The translations under genes and the position numbers were made by a program. A stretch of DNA of 64,000 nucleotides from Fimbriosthenelais zetlandica. Lineage: Eukaryota. Each line of letters starts with the position of its first letter. Positions within the stretch are counted from its first letter, which is position 1. The stretch is taken from contig OZ365110.1 of NCBI GenBank assembly GCA_977030845.1, positions 20,026,001 through 20,090,000 on the forward strand, read 5' to 3'. The notes under the pieces are model-generated. The model did no database searches and was not told the origin of the DNA. It worked only from the letters and a program-made list of their open reading frames with translations. Shown here in pieces: positions 13,831 to 28,030 of the stretch.

Positions 13831-16800
13831 CAAGGGCGACATCTCTTGATCGCTGAAAGAATCCCAACCTATTACAAAAAAGTCCTATCAACCAAAAGAT
13901 CAAAACATTACTGCTTCTGAATATTTAATGAACCTAATTGGGCCCGCAGACACAGGCACCCTTTCTTCTAGAAATAGGAAGCATTAATTTTTCCAAGCTT
14001 AAGAAGGAAAGTTTAAGTCCCTTAGAAGTCAGTACAGTTCATTAAACACGAGCTCATTATTTTAATGGATTGATTTTGAAATCCATGTCAGCAAATTAGG
14101 CTCTTTCTCTTCATTCCACTACCACCCACACAAGGTCTTCGTGATAAGACCTTCACTGTTTGATTCATTTCCACAGCACTGATTACATATTGCCCATGAC
14201 ATGAAAGAACACGATAAGGGAACCAATCTGACCTCAGGCATGATCTATTCTGGGTAGCCAATATTAGTGTTGTACACCATTTCTTGGGGTTTTGACTCCA
14301 AAAAGACATCCGAGCAATAAGGAAGCAGTTGTACTAATAAACTCGAAATCCACTCACTAAGCAATAAATGATTGAATGCATGATCAAACATACAAAATAC
14401 ACTGTATAGATCTTCACCTTATAGATCGTAGCCAAGCAATAGATCTCTGTATGCCGCACTCTATCTAGAAATTCATTTGCAAAGCACCTTCTATCTTATT
14501 CGTTTTTACACTCAATCTATGCTTGCACATTCCTAGGTGCCATACAGTTGCAGGTGATCTATTTCAGAGCAAAATCGATTTAAAAAATCACTTTCTCAAA
14601 AAGTAAATCAAATATGATGGACGCCTGAACGTGGGAAATCCAACTGATAAGAAGGAACCACGGCAACCGTGGATTATACGGAAAAAATCTGGCACCCAGA
14701 GCTAGGGGTTTTAAGTGATGCTGGAACGAGATGGTATCATTAGGTCTTTGGGGTGGAATAGAGTGCCAGTTTCCTGAACTGGTGATAGAGGGGCTGTAGC
14801 TAATCCTGCAGGCTGGATAAAGCCACTTCCACCCCCCAGTCCCCACTGTATCAGTGACTACTACCACCACTGAACCACTCCATGTGTTGTATAGACCTGA
14901 GAAGCCACACTCCTAGCTTCTTCCTTCCCCAGAAACACCATTTTTATCCACACAAACATAGTTTCTGTGGCCTGATGGCTTTTTACTGAGCGCTGCTTGT
15001 TTTATAAACAGAGATGTAGCAATGCTGGCAGCTTGCCTCGTGCGTACGAGTGTGCGTGGTGGAGGTGTTCTGGCATCAACGAGAATCGGTGTCGTTAGTA
15101 CACTCACTCAGCTGCCCGGGTCAGCCACAATGTTCTGACATTTCAAATTACATTTCCAAGGCCTTAAAATAGGCCGGTTTATTTGACACCCGGATTCAAC
15201 AGGCATACACTGCAGTGCTTCATTTTCTCAACAACATGATTGTGACCTGTGTTGACACCACATTTCAGTAATCTAGGGCTGATGGAGACTCTTCTGAGAC
15301 AGGGAAATCTGAAAGAAACTTCAAAGATTATGGGTTCATAGGAGCACATCTCCTGACCTTCTCTCAATGTCTGAAGTGACATTAATGAGCGGCTCTATGT
15401 GAACTAACAGCTCACCTGTTTGCTGCTTGGAATTACTCCCTCCACAGCTTCTTCTCCGTTTTGTCACTTGTAGATTGGCGACGTTGTCACATCATTGGAG
15501 AACTAGCAGTGCTGCTTAGTACAACCTTCCATCAACAGATGCCAAGCATCTACGAATTTATAATTTCCGATTTACTCTTGGACAGGAAATTGCTGATTAA
15601 TATGACAGGATTACATTTAACATACTCTTTTGATTCACAAACTATATGTGAGATTGGTCACTCCACAGTATGAATCATTTCCAATTAATTTATTCACCTA
15701 TCACAAACTTGCACTGTTTCTGATTGCAACATTCTCCTGCTGAACAGTGCAGCAATGATTCTAACTTGTTTGTAAATGTATGTGCGAAGGAAATCACCAC
15801 TTTTACACAGGATTATACCACTGTGAAGGCCAAGACTGCTAAGCTGTCAAGACTCCTTCAATATGGGTTTCATCCAGAGCAAGTTCCTACCACCTATTGC
15901 ACCCGGTAATATGAACTGTCCATCTGTTTTCTAATGGCCCATGCTTTGAAACCATATCCTTTCATAGTGCTTATAAACCATTTACTGTTCACTTTGTACA
16001 TTATTTTCTGCACGTTGATTCTTTCTCCAGTTGTTGTTTATGGCCAAACCACATACCATGGCATGACTATTGTGAATGACAGAGTGTTATTTTAGGAGCT
16101 TGTCATTGTTGCTGGGACAATTATGGGAGGGAGATTCTCAATGTTTCAATGCTCCATATTCTCCAATAATCAACTTTGTTTATATCCACGTTGTGAGTGA
16201 TCTTCATTGTCCATCAGTTTTTATACTTTACTGAAATGAATGGAACTGAGTGTGTAATAGATGTGGACTGTCAGAAATAACCATTCAGGAGTAGATGGCT
16301 TTAGCTACACGCCTCATTCGAACATTACATTACCATAACATTACATTATAGTGCCCTTACAGATTCGGTATATTCGGCAACAGTTTCAATGTCAAAATAT
16401 GATTATTTTCTTCTCTATGTCGCCCATTTATTAGTAACAAAGGTCAGATGAAATATTAGAAGAAATAACTAAATTCACCACCCCATGAAATATGATTTTG
16501 GTCTACGAATGTGGAGGTAGTATGTTTCCTTAATTCCCTGCCATCTCTCTGCTACAAAAGGCTTAAACCAAAAAATATATTTGCCTACGATGCCCATGAG
16601 ATATCACTTTTGTGAGCCGACTTTGCCACCCAAGATTAACCACTGAGTTGAAAGTGCAATTTATGGAGATTAAAATTTAAGAAAATGCAATGGGTGCTTT
16701 AATAAAAGCCAGCCCCTTGCAACCTAACTAATGAGACTGTCATCATATAAGATAATATAGGTGCTTTAATCAAATATGAACATGTTCCAATATTAAGCTG

Positions 16801-17859
16801 GCCCTTTGGGGGTAAAATACAATGATCAGTCTGCTGCTGGTGAGAAAGGCAAAGCTCCTATCTCACATTTCTCTATTTCTCTGGAGCCGTCTGTCTTTTC
16901 TTAACAGTTCCAGAGAGCCTGGAGTCTTCGCAAACTGTCATAATAACTAAGGAATCGCTACTTTGCGAGCCATAATCAATCGCCAGGGCTGTAAAAGGTG
17001 GCTGTCTTTCCAGTATCGCCAGCCTTCTCAAGTTAATAAGCAATGCTTTGGCCAATAGCTTTATTACACTCTGGCGTCTCTGTTTGGATTAAGGTCTTAT
17101 ATTATATGGCGAGTCACCTCAATGTATTAACATTATTAAGTTGCCTACTTATAGTGCTCAACAAGTACTCCCCATTGCTATCCCACTAAATGTGCTTCTA
17201 AGTTTTAGATCCCGGCCTGAGCCTAGGCTTTTCTCTCTTGATAGCTATACATTAGCTTGTGTTGCCTTGGCCCTTTGGTATATCAATAAGTCCAAGTATA
17301 AAATGTTTCAATGGATCGCCAAATCCCCTGAGTATTTCATAGAAAAGAGAGAGTACCTGTCAAAGTCAAAAAGGTCCATGACATAGAATATCATGAAGTT
17401 GGACTACTCTGGCTTTTTGCCTTGACTTGCAATGTTCAAAAGAGAATATTTTTCCTTTTAATTTCCCTTTAATGAAAGTTGTTATCATCATATTATGTTG
17501 GACTATGTTGATTCATGAATATTTTTATTAATCATTCCTGAGATGAGATTATTTCTATTTCGCTATTTAACATCTGTATGAAGCATATTACACTGTTTGG
17601 TATTGTACTGCTATTGAAAGCGAGGTCCCGAATCCATGCTTATCATTGATATAGAAAGCAAGTTACAAAGGTTTTCGTGGTACCATGCACCATAATTGGT
17701 CCTCTGTAAAATTGATGTTCTGTCATTGTGTATAGTAAATGTGTGTGGGCGAGATATTGAATTGTGGAATACGGGTAAACTCTTCATGAGTCGGGGGCGT
17801 GAAGCATGTGTGTCATAAATCCAACCATGTATAAAGCCGCTCCACAGAAATATTCTATC

Positions 17860-18250
17860 TAATTAAGGCCTGGATTCGGTATTGGATAACATGGTGTTTT
17901 TACTCGGACTATCAAATATCCATATTCCATGATTTCCCATTTCAATGAGGCCTCCCCAGAAGCATTCAGTACATATGAATGAAAAGCTATATGATGGATT
18001 CATTAGTGCTAAGCTCGACTGATAATGGATAGTTTTCAAACGCTTCCAAAATGAGATGAAAACTTCAAATGAAGCGTCAGTTTGAATGATATGATGATTA
18101 AGGATGATTGATATGATGGGCTCGTTTAGACACTGATGTGTACATATCGTTCTGAAGTAAATGAAGCAGTTTGGAGAACACTCCATCGCGTGCAACCATT
18201 GGAGAACATAGAAGGATGTATCTTTCTTATTAGAGCAATTACAACTCTCG
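17860..18250 (-). mobile_element. Degenerate DIRS retrotransposon RNase H remnant
   Basis: Minus ORF 17863-18195 contains CLNEPIISIILNHHIIQTDASF (TDAS at 18070-18081) and, downstream, GLIEMGNHG. This resembles DIRS NG.PI....P...I.TDAS..GWG ... YINKMGGT.S. Confidence 0.5.
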
Positions 18251-18809
18251 CAGCTTGCCCTGCAACTTTGCCTTCATCAATTTTAAGCAAAAGCACGCTA
18301 GCTTATCCCTTCAGCTAATTCTCTTTAAAGACAATCTTTCAGTAAATTATAATGAAGACATGTCTGTTATGAGCTGATATAAGGATATATCCTTCATATA
18401 TGAGGGAAGCCAGTCTGTCATAATTAGTCTTTGTCTTGTCCTTTTCCTATCGAATGAAATTAGTTTACAAAAATCATGGGGATAATCTTGGTTAGTTCAC
18501 ATGTTCAGTAAGAGCTGTAGTGATATGGGACAAGAGAAAGCCATTATGAAGCCAATAAGATTAACTATGGATGAGCGAATCCGAATGACAATCGGAGAGT
18601 ATATATCCTAGTTGAAAAGCAATTGTCAAATGCTTTGAGTGGTATGGTAGTGACTCTTGGAAGAGCCAGTCTGGGAGTAGGCCTGGTCTGAAAGGAACCT
18701 TCCTTCAGGGACACATCAAGCAATTAAGCCTTAATCAGCTACATCACTGACGATGGATGGCTTCTCTTGGCAGAGGAGGAGGAGAAGGAGAAGGCGGGGA
18801 AGTATTGGG

Positions 18810-18995
18810 CCTTCTGCCCCGTCACTCTATCAATTAATGATGTGAACTGACGGAGGCACGGCCGGGAAGATCCTGAAGAAACGCTGGCCCAGGTAATAAG
18901 CAACATAACCGGTTGATGTTACAAATAATCACATTGCAAACCTGCAGGAACTAATCCATAATGCCCCCGAACAATGGGAGGGTCAGGCAATTGGG
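18810..18995. promoter_or_regulatory. Candidate cis-regulatory island (homeodomain TAATTG/TAATCC and Sox AACAATGG motifs)
   Basis: atcaattaatgat, ctaatccataat and gaacaatggg are clustered within about 180 bp with no recognisable repeat. Motif evidence only. Confidence 0.3.
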
Positions 18996-21900
18996 GCTTC
19001 TTTACCATGTTTTGCATCCTAACTCATTATTTGGCGTTCTCGTATTCCATCACTCCCCGGGGAAGATAAAATGAACAAGAAAACAATAAGAGAGTGACAC
19101 ACTTTGAAAAAATGCTAATCACACTGATTGAAAAGCCATCAGAAATTATTATGCTTTTCCTTGCACTTCTTGACTGAAAGTAGCTTGCACTTCTTAAGTG
19201 AATGGATGTCACTTCATTCTGCTCATATTCACCCGTGATTCAAAGTGCCTGCATTAGTTTTTGATCTCTGAAAACTTCTCTGAAAACTCTTCAGAACTTA
19301 TAGATGATACAATCATATATACCGATAATCCAACTTCATTATTCCACCCCCTGTATGAGCATCTTTTAACATAGGAAAGTGCTCGGTCTCTTGACAGTTT
19401 TACTAGAATACAACATAACTTATAAATACATGTACCATCCTGTTATGACATCTTTGAGAATATTGAGGTGATTTTGTCCAAAATGAATTGAAATGAGAGT
19501 ATGGCGTGGGAAAGTAAAGATAGTTGAAGTTATGATGTGTTTTACGGGGTGCGAGTTAGTGCTGGAGGGAGAGTGATAGTAAAGTCCTCATGTCGGGAGA
19601 TATGTAATCAGAAAAGGTGACATGGATCACAGTCTGCTGGGTGAGTCGAGGCAGGAAGTATGACAGCCACAGATCACTTACAGGCTGTGTGTCTGCTGGA
19701 AAATGACGTCTTTAACTTCTTATATTACCGCTACGACCTCTTGGTTACTAAACAGCGAAAATTGCGGGAATGTCCATAACTCTAAAACTAAACCTGTGGG
19801 AACTGGGTTCCCCTTGATATTAGACTGTATTTTTTTGTTTTTTTGATATATTTTTATTTATATGGCAGAATATGGCAAAAGGTGAGGAAAATAATACCCC
19901 AAATGTAAAAGACGTTTTAATAGTACTTCAGCCGGATTTCTATCAGTTCTATGTATACACAAGATTGTACATGCATACCAAGATCGAGGCCACACTAAAA
20001 TGGAAATTTAACTCTTGCATTAAAGTATCGCCAGACCTCGAGCACGCTGAATAATCGAGCGGCTTCCCTAGAGTATCTATATGGAAAGCCGGCAGTGAAA
20101 CCATTAATGAAATATTAACACTCTCTCCCTGCTTTAGCGTCAAGGATACTTTGACCAGGCGACATCTAATGAGTCTCTAATGGTGATGATCCGTTTCAAT
20201 TGACAAACAGCAGTCTTCTTTTTTTCTGCCTGGTAATTGCCTACCAACACAAATTGACATTATGTGTGAAGAGAAGCAGCTATTGCCATAGCCTTGTTAG
20301 TGCTACTTGCACCTGATCTTAGCTTCATTATGGACGGCCTTCAATAGATAAGAGACTGCTTCATTTCGCTTGGCTTGATCGACCTCTTGGTAATGACCAT
20401 CGAGTCTCTTTCATTGGCAGATTATAGGGAATACATGTTTAAGCAGGGTAATAATGATAAAATTAGGGTAATAATGATAGTCTGGATTTAATCAGGGGAA
20501 TATCCATTTAATCAGGAGAATGACTTTGGACAATTCTACTTGTGATAGATGTAGACATAATGGCGTTTTCTGTTGAATTCCTGTATTGTTTTAACAATAA
20601 ATGGTAGTTTACTGCTTCGGTGCCATCAGCAATAGTCTATTCTATTGCTAAATAAACTGACCAAAAAAGCTGTGTGGCTTCCATATAGAAAACTCTCCTC
20701 CAAAAAGTAACAGAGCTGTTTTTCCTTACGAAAATAAACCTCCTCTCTGAGACAAAACCTCACCTTGAGTGCCTGTTTGGCAAATCCACTTTCATCTCGC
20801 TTCTAAAAGCTTAGATACAGTATGAGTAATTGAATATCCAAGCTGCAGAAATTACTCGCTTTTTTAAAATTCATTTCTATTTAAAATGCTATGAGAATTA
20901 TCTATAATTCAATGCACCATGCTCTTATGAAAAGTGCCTGTCGCTCTACCAGTCATTTTACTCTTTACTGATGTCTATCATTATTAATATTTAAGTGCAT
21001 CTTTATTGTCGTCCCAGGCAACACAAAACATGATCATACTAAAGAGTGTCCAGGACCATTTTATCAAAAATAAGTAATGTGGAAAGTGGAGACGCGTGTT
21101 GCATATGCATTTCTGTTAATAATCATATTCAACAATATCAGTAACATGAAATGAATATATGCCAGTTATTAAGATGTTAATCTTGAGAATGAAAGAAATA
21201 TTTTTTATGATACTGGGATATAATTAATTGGTCTCTTGATGTGAGCTTTTTCACGTATGGGAATTATCCTTTCCTCCCACGATTATGAAAGTGCTTCAAG
21301 ATTTTCAAACTTCCACGACATATGATGATTTAATATGACATATAGACTTTCCAAGTTTTTAGATTGGATATATAACACCCGAACATGATGAGAATAATAT
21401 GTATCTGGATTCATCTTACTATGCTGGGTAAGATTTCAGTAGCTGTGTTCAGTGCAAAAATGCGGGGATGCATAACATTTCAATTACCCACTGTGAAAAA
21501 ACAGTGTTTATGAGGTACTTTGTAATATTCTGGACAACAATATCCCATCCATGAATTTCCTTTTATTTTTCTGGCGTGTTTTTCAGTCCGTAAAACAGTT
21601 GTTCATATGGGAAACAATCTTATCCTATGTTGTTTTGTTTTTAAATGTTTTTCTTGACCTCCAATGACCAGGTATATTGGAAGACTTCCTGATAAGCATT
21701 ATCCAGTGTCTAATCGATAAATCAATTTCTATCATCATAATAGTTTCGTCTCTTGGGGCCTATAAGACCCTCAAGTCCAATCCCTGAATGTCATTTTGTC
21801 TACGCTTCTTTTCCATATTCAAGTTATTTTCTGAGATCATAGTTACATTTGTCCATCAAAACATCCCATTGTGAACATCTTTTCAATTCCATTCTGCAGC

Positions 21901-22249
21901 ATTCCCCATGTATATGATCGTACATCCTGCCGTCATGTCTGTTTTTAAAATGTCTTTGGTCCTTGGATCCTTGGATTCTCGATCCATTATTGACATTTAG
22001 AAAGGAAGGTAACGTTACATTGAAACCTTGGAATTTCTTTCAACATCAAAAGGTTTAGAGGCCAAGGTCATGCCCACGAAATGAGTCCCTTTCATTTGGT
22101 TTTCAGTTCATGGTCCTAGATTCTTTTGTGCATACAACTAGGGTTTCTCTACCCTAATAGGTTGATATATGTACATTAGCTTTCTACCGTGTGATATGGC
22201 TATCTGACTTCAAAGGGGTAAACCGTCTCTCTTTCCTTGGCTTTTGCCT

Positions 22250-22760
22250 TTAAAAAAGCCAGGATAAGGCATTGACCTGAGTGGCGAAGGTTGGAAGAGG
22301 ACTTGCCCCTGACCTACTTCGTATTGAAGCTTTGCAGAGCACTCGTAAACAAGTTCTACTGCTTCAATGGACAGAGTGATGACTTGCTGATAGAGAGGCC
22401 ATTGCTTAATTCCAGTACCTACACCACTGCAAAGCTTTTCTCCCACGTGCAAAGCTTTCATTCAACCTTACCTTGTGAGCGAAATAGGGCCAAACCAGGG
22501 ACTGAAGCAATTTTAGAATTAACTCAAGCCTTCAGCTGCTGCAAGGCATCACTAAAAAGCCCAGGGGAATCTAATGAAAATGTTTCAATACTGGCACAAA
22601 TGTTGAGATAAAGTTTCACCGATTGCACCGAAGAGATTGGAGTTGGTTTTCCCAATGAATATGCAGATGACTGGTTGTCTTTATGCAAATGACCTACGCC
22701 ACTTGGAAATTACTTGCCACGGCACTACTTCATTTTCTAATCGTGTCTTGCTTCAATAGA
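22250..22760 (+). mobile_element. Degenerate non-LTR retrotransposon reverse transcriptase fragment
   Basis: TAT GCA GAT GAC (YADD) at 22660-22671, preceded by RPLLNSSTYTTAKLF (RPISLL...K-like), KPGTEAILEL and a PQG-like cccagggg. Confidence 0.5.
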
Positions 22761-23890
22761 GCCGAGGCAAGGAATCCTTGGTTGCAATCAAGAGTTAGCA
22801 AGTTGTCCGTTGCTGGGATGTGCTAATAACCAAGTTGTACTGATATATAGACAGTGTGTGCCTGATAACGGATAAAACATCAGGCTGTATCTCCTACCAT
22901 AAATCAGATGATGCCCTACACTATATGTAGATCCCATGCCAATAGAAATCGATATTAATACTACATGCACATGTATATATATCTTCAGCAACCAACAATT
23001 TACGCAGGCACGAATATGAGACATAGACCACATGATGTTATGACATTTAGCTGTGGATAGATTGCCTCTATATGATATTGCCTAGAATGAATTGGGCCCA
23101 TGGTCCAAGCACACTCGCTTTCCAGCTGGGGCCATTCGAGTGGACTGAGATAAATTAGGATTAATGTGGAGTAACTGGAAGATGCATCATACTTTCCTGG
23201 GCCCATTTATACCTGTTTCAATCGCAGGCAATGCCAAATCGCGATAGGACCTGCCAACACATTGCCACCAGGCCCATGTTTGTCAAGAACCTAAAAGAAG
23301 TCATTCTCTCCATAGCGGCAACGTGACAATCTGAGTTGACACCTAGATTAGGATTACTCAAGAGGATCTATATCAAGTACACGACATTTCATGAGTCCAA
23401 CGTCAACTCATATTGTCTAATATAACATAACATTTCAACCTCTAACATCGTGAATGTGGATTGTGATAATAGCATTCTTTACATATTTTTAGATTCCTGG
23501 GGAAATTTCAGACAGGCGCTTTTCCAAAATCAGTCGCAGTGATTCTATTAGGATGAATTGTGTCCCAGGTCTTATCACTTACTATGACTCTCCCAATTAC
23601 CTTCTCCCTCTGATTGAACCGTCAATTGGTAAAGACTTAGAGGGCTTGGAGCTTCATTGCTATAAGAGCGGAAGTGACAAATGAGCTTGGAAGCCATGAT
23701 GAAATTGACATTCCATGAAATCGTTGTTAATTAATCCAGGCTTCTCATGGTGAAGGCTTAGCAAATTGTCAAGAATGCAGTACTTGAGCCCTGCTGAGAA
23801 AGCAAGATGGAAATGTTTACAGTGCATGTTACATTACACATATTGTAGGCATATAACTGTGACTTAGAAATTGAACACTCTGAGTACATG

Positions 23891-23969
23891 TCTAATTTTA
23901 TTTCATTAATTAATTTCAGGTGAGTACTACAGTGTGACGTTGCTGTGATGTATGGAGAGATAAGTATGC
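23891..23969 (+). promoter_or_regulatory. Putative recursive splice site 2 (junction at 23919/23920) with 44-nt cryptic RS-exon 23920-23963
   Basis: TCTAAT branch-like motif at 23891-23896, AG-free zone 23885-23917, T-rich tract ...taatttCAG|GTGAGT, and a weaker downstream donor TAA|GTATGC at 23964. Stops in all three frames. Confidence 0.68.
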
Positions 23970-25559
23970 TAATTGGAAGCTGAAATTCCAAAGGCTTTCG
24001 AAATAGATTAACAATCTGATACTTAAGTAGAAACAAGATGTTATTGTAACTACCATTTGGAAGAGCTCAGTCATTTATGGTACGTTGTCCACAAAACGTA
24101 TATTTAAAGGCTTTGGCTGATTTTATTTTTACTATCGTATGTGGATGTCCTTGCTGATGCTGTGTTCAATGTCTTTTTCCCTGGAACTAACAGTATCCAT
24201 GTGGGTGCCATTCGATAGAGTAGTCTTTGCAGGGAGGGAACATGTGTGTTATTGGATAGTCGCCCATATGCCCTCCTCAGCAAAACAAACTGAAGCCCAC
24301 ACGCTGAGTCGTGGAAAAGCAAACCCGAGCTCTCCAGCCCTCCAAAACAGCCTGAAAAGCACCATATGTCTGCAAAGATCAATCCAATGTTTTTGCTCTC
24401 TGCTAATATAATGGCCTCTCCATGATCGATTAGAAATGGATTTGTACCGGAATATTGCAGTCATATATTTAGAAAGTGAATTTGCACATATCATCTGACA
24501 AAAAACTTGCATTTTATTGGATATTTTTCTTTAGAATTCTGACATACTGTGAAATTCTCTACGGGGCCTATCGCTTGATATATGCTTCCACATCCTTTTG
24601 ATATAATTATTTTTATAGACTGTCATTTTTGTGTATAAGAATATCTTGAAAAGTCTAGAGATATAGACTAATATATCTATTACGATTATACTCGATTAAA
24701 GAACATTTCATTTTAGATTTATCACTAATCTTGTTCAGTCTGACACCTTAGGAAGTGTCAGTAGACTAGTGTCTTGTCATGGAAAGATTGATCTAACACT
24801 CTAATTCACAACCCCCGCAGGTCTGGATCTTTGATTTTTAGGTGATTCCCCGGAGTAGATGTTGGTCCCTGATCTCTACCATCCACCTTTAATCATGCTA
24901 ATGGAACCATCTCACACATCTAGCTATCACTATGCAAAATGAACATTCGAAATGTTCCTAATATTTTATCCAAACTTCGTTCCGAAACTGTAATATGGAC
25001 TTTTTATTACATTGAGTACATAATACAATTCAGATAGAATATTTAGCCTATGCTGCCTTGGTGTGTCACATATACTATATATGATTGTATATAGTGCAAC
25101 TCCTATGGGAGTGCATGAGAGCCTCAGTTTTCCTGTATCTTATGCCAAGCACATGGCACATATAGTTCCCCCGACTATGCGCTGGAGATGCCATATGGTT
25201 AGCACAATAAAGCCCTGTTTGTATGAACATGAATAATTTATGTTGCCAGCCTTTAGCAATCATTCAGTGCGCTGATTTGAATTGTGATAGGAATTGATGC
25301 TGTTGGTCCAATGCGTCCAGTGATAATACAAAAGTATACACGTACATGTATCCGACAAGTCGGACTACAGCTACGGTATACCTCATCTGTTTAAAGGTTG
25401 TTTTTCTGGGTGTTATTAGTTATCACATCTCGCGGACTTGGCAATTTGTTAACTTAAATACCCAGTAAGGGACCTTGGGAGGTCCCATTGATGGCAATGG
25501 TGGGAGTGAACGGGCAGTGAGAAGTAGACTGTGAGAAGCCCATGAGGCTCATTATACAC

Positions 25560-25820
25560 CATTATTGTGTTAATGCCAGTATGCTTCCTGGCATACACAA
25601 TCAATTATTCTTCATTCTGGCTATACTCACAAACTTCCCTCCTGAAGGAATGTTAACAGTTCGAGGCAGATTTGCCAAATCCCCGGTACCCAGGCAACTG
25701 TTACACAGCAAAGTAACTTCCTTCAAGCATATCCCGAATTCATCACTAGCTCCAGCCTCTGGGGGACTTAGCCAGCACTATCTGCCACACACTGCCAACC
25801 ATACTTTCTTGAAAATTGGC
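25560..25820 (+). mobile_element. Possible L1/Tx1-clade post-RT fragment
   Basis: MLPGIHNQLFFILAIL...RFAKSP...SSLAPASGGLSQHYLP resembles LPK.LYLF.....FIW.GK.PRI....L..PK..GGL.LP. Weak match. Confidence 0.33.
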
Positions 25821-27539
25821 TTGGGGAAGGTTCAGGTCTTAACAATGGCCTGCCTACCAAAATGGCATGTTTGTGCCAGGGAAATCTTGTCATATTGTAC
25901 AGTATGATCATGCGCGATGGGAATCTGGATTGGGGTGCATTGGAGACCTAGTCTTTTGGTCTTTATATCATAAATGTATCTCACTACTTTCTTTGTCTCA
26001 TCTCATATTGTCATATCTGATTCATAATTTGCCATGACCAACTCGTTTTTGAGATTAGGTTAGGATCATAATAATGAATGTTATGAATTCTTATATAATG
26101 CATATTAGGCTTTAATAAATCAATTAGTTTATCCATTTGCCTTGAGAGGGGTTTATTTTCTTAGTGGAGACTGCACGTCTGGCCTTAGATCTCCCATCAC
26201 ATCAGGTCGGTCTACCAATTTCCCCTTCTTTCCACCTACTTCATCTTTGAGAAGATTTTGGGTGGATGCAGCTGCCATGATTTGCAGCAATCTGACATCT
26301 TGACCTTCAGGCTAGATTACTTATTTACTTTCTTGTAAGGGATGTACAAAGGGATATTCTTCGATATGCCTGGCAGCTGAACTTATAGTTCACTTCTCCC
26401 CTAGAACTCTTCCATTAATACAGACAAAAAAAGCACCAGTTCTTTAATGTTGCAAATTGACAGATTTCTGGAAATTTTGAAACTGCTGTCTCATTTGCCC
26501 TCTGCAGCGCTACAACGTTATTTACATTTTCAAGGCCATGACATGAGCCTGACTTGAAGCTGTTTCCTAAAAGGCAACTCCTTGAGTGTGATCAATGCCC
26601 TGTGTCATATCATTGGCCCCCAGGTGGCGGGTAATCTGTTGGGAATTCCCGCCCCATTGCTGCCTATATGAAGCATCTTTGAATGATGGATTCTTACCCC
26701 CTAGATAGTGTCTACTTATTCCATATGCTGCTTGTGAAGTAATGGATTAGTGTGAAAGCCAGTCCATCTTTGCCGGCAGCCATTGCCTTTGCATGGAGTG
26801 TGGAAAAACTCGTTGAATTACAGCCACTATTGATATTGGGGAAGTCATGCCTCTTATAATCAGTTATTGTTATGAAAGTGGTAGACAGTACTTGGTTTCC
26901 ACTCGATCCATCATCAGGACAAGACATTGTAGGAAACATCATTGAGTTAGAATAAAAATGTACTACGCTGTTATTTCTGACAGATTTATAATGAATGGTC
27001 TCTCTTCATCTTGTGTTCAGCAGGAGAATATAAACAAACCAAGGCCGAATCCCCTCTCATATAATTCATGAAAAGGATATAAATCAGTTGACTTGCTATA
27101 GATGGTTGCCTTACTTGACAGGTAATAATTCTTTGCATGCCTCTAGCTCAAAGTTTAACTTGATTCGCCCAGCTCACCTGCTCCTATCGAGGGGTTGTTT
27201 CATAATAAAAGATATGGCTGTTCTTGAAACTGTCCCCATAAATTTGTCAATGCTATTTTACTGACCCCTCAGTTACAGTAACTGTGAAACGTTCCCCCAG
27301 TTGGGAAGTCTTTCATCACATTCACCTCAATGCTGTACCTGATTTCCTCACCTGAACCTTTGAAATATGATAACGTGTATTTTATATCCGACCTCGTAAA
27401 CTTGGTAGCTTGTTTTTAATGAAGCAAAGGTTCACAGATTGGTTAAGGATTCGTGGAGGCTTGCATGTAGAAATGACAGGTATATAGCCCTCCCTTGCGC
27501 CGCATGAAAGTCCTGCTTTCAAGCCCAGTCACGCAACTT

Positions 27540-28030
27540 GCTTCTTTCAAATGCTAGGAAATGGCCTTGTTAGCCCAATTGCATGTGTACAACCTCCCAC
27601 ACATTCCCTCTCTTTCACTCTCTCTGTACCCAAATTACATTCGAGCCAACCCACTTTTTTCATCTGCTTCCCATGTTAGCATTCGCCATCGTGGCATTTC
27701 TTCAATCATCTATCCTAACTCTCTTATCTTGGTCCTTCATTCTTATTTGCATTCATTAGAATGCGGCAGTAGGTCTATATGATGCATCTGAGCATCTCAT
27801 TGACTATGGCTCTTTGAGCAACATAGCTTCCTCAATTATCTATCCACACATGGTTCTTTGGTTCCTCAGCATTTTCCAGCCTAGATTGCCTGACAAACAA
27901 CCTTCCGCTATATTATTTTCAGCCCATGGTGAATACACAATGTAGCCTTCATACGCCAAAGCCTACCAATTGCACATGCCATCCCATAGCGATTATTTGC
28001 TCAAGCAGTTCCAATGAACTCCATTACTAC
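27540..28030 (-). mobile_element. Degenerate RTE-clade LINE 3' region
   Basis: Collinear motifs: NRYGMACAIGRL...LKII*RKVV..AI*AGKC* (RIGMA..AFG.L...YG.ETW-like), NEMLRCII (E..LRRI-like), and IEEMPRWRMLTW...ARM*FG...GR....W...HLK (RRLRW.GH..R...GRP..W-like). Confidence 0.6.
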
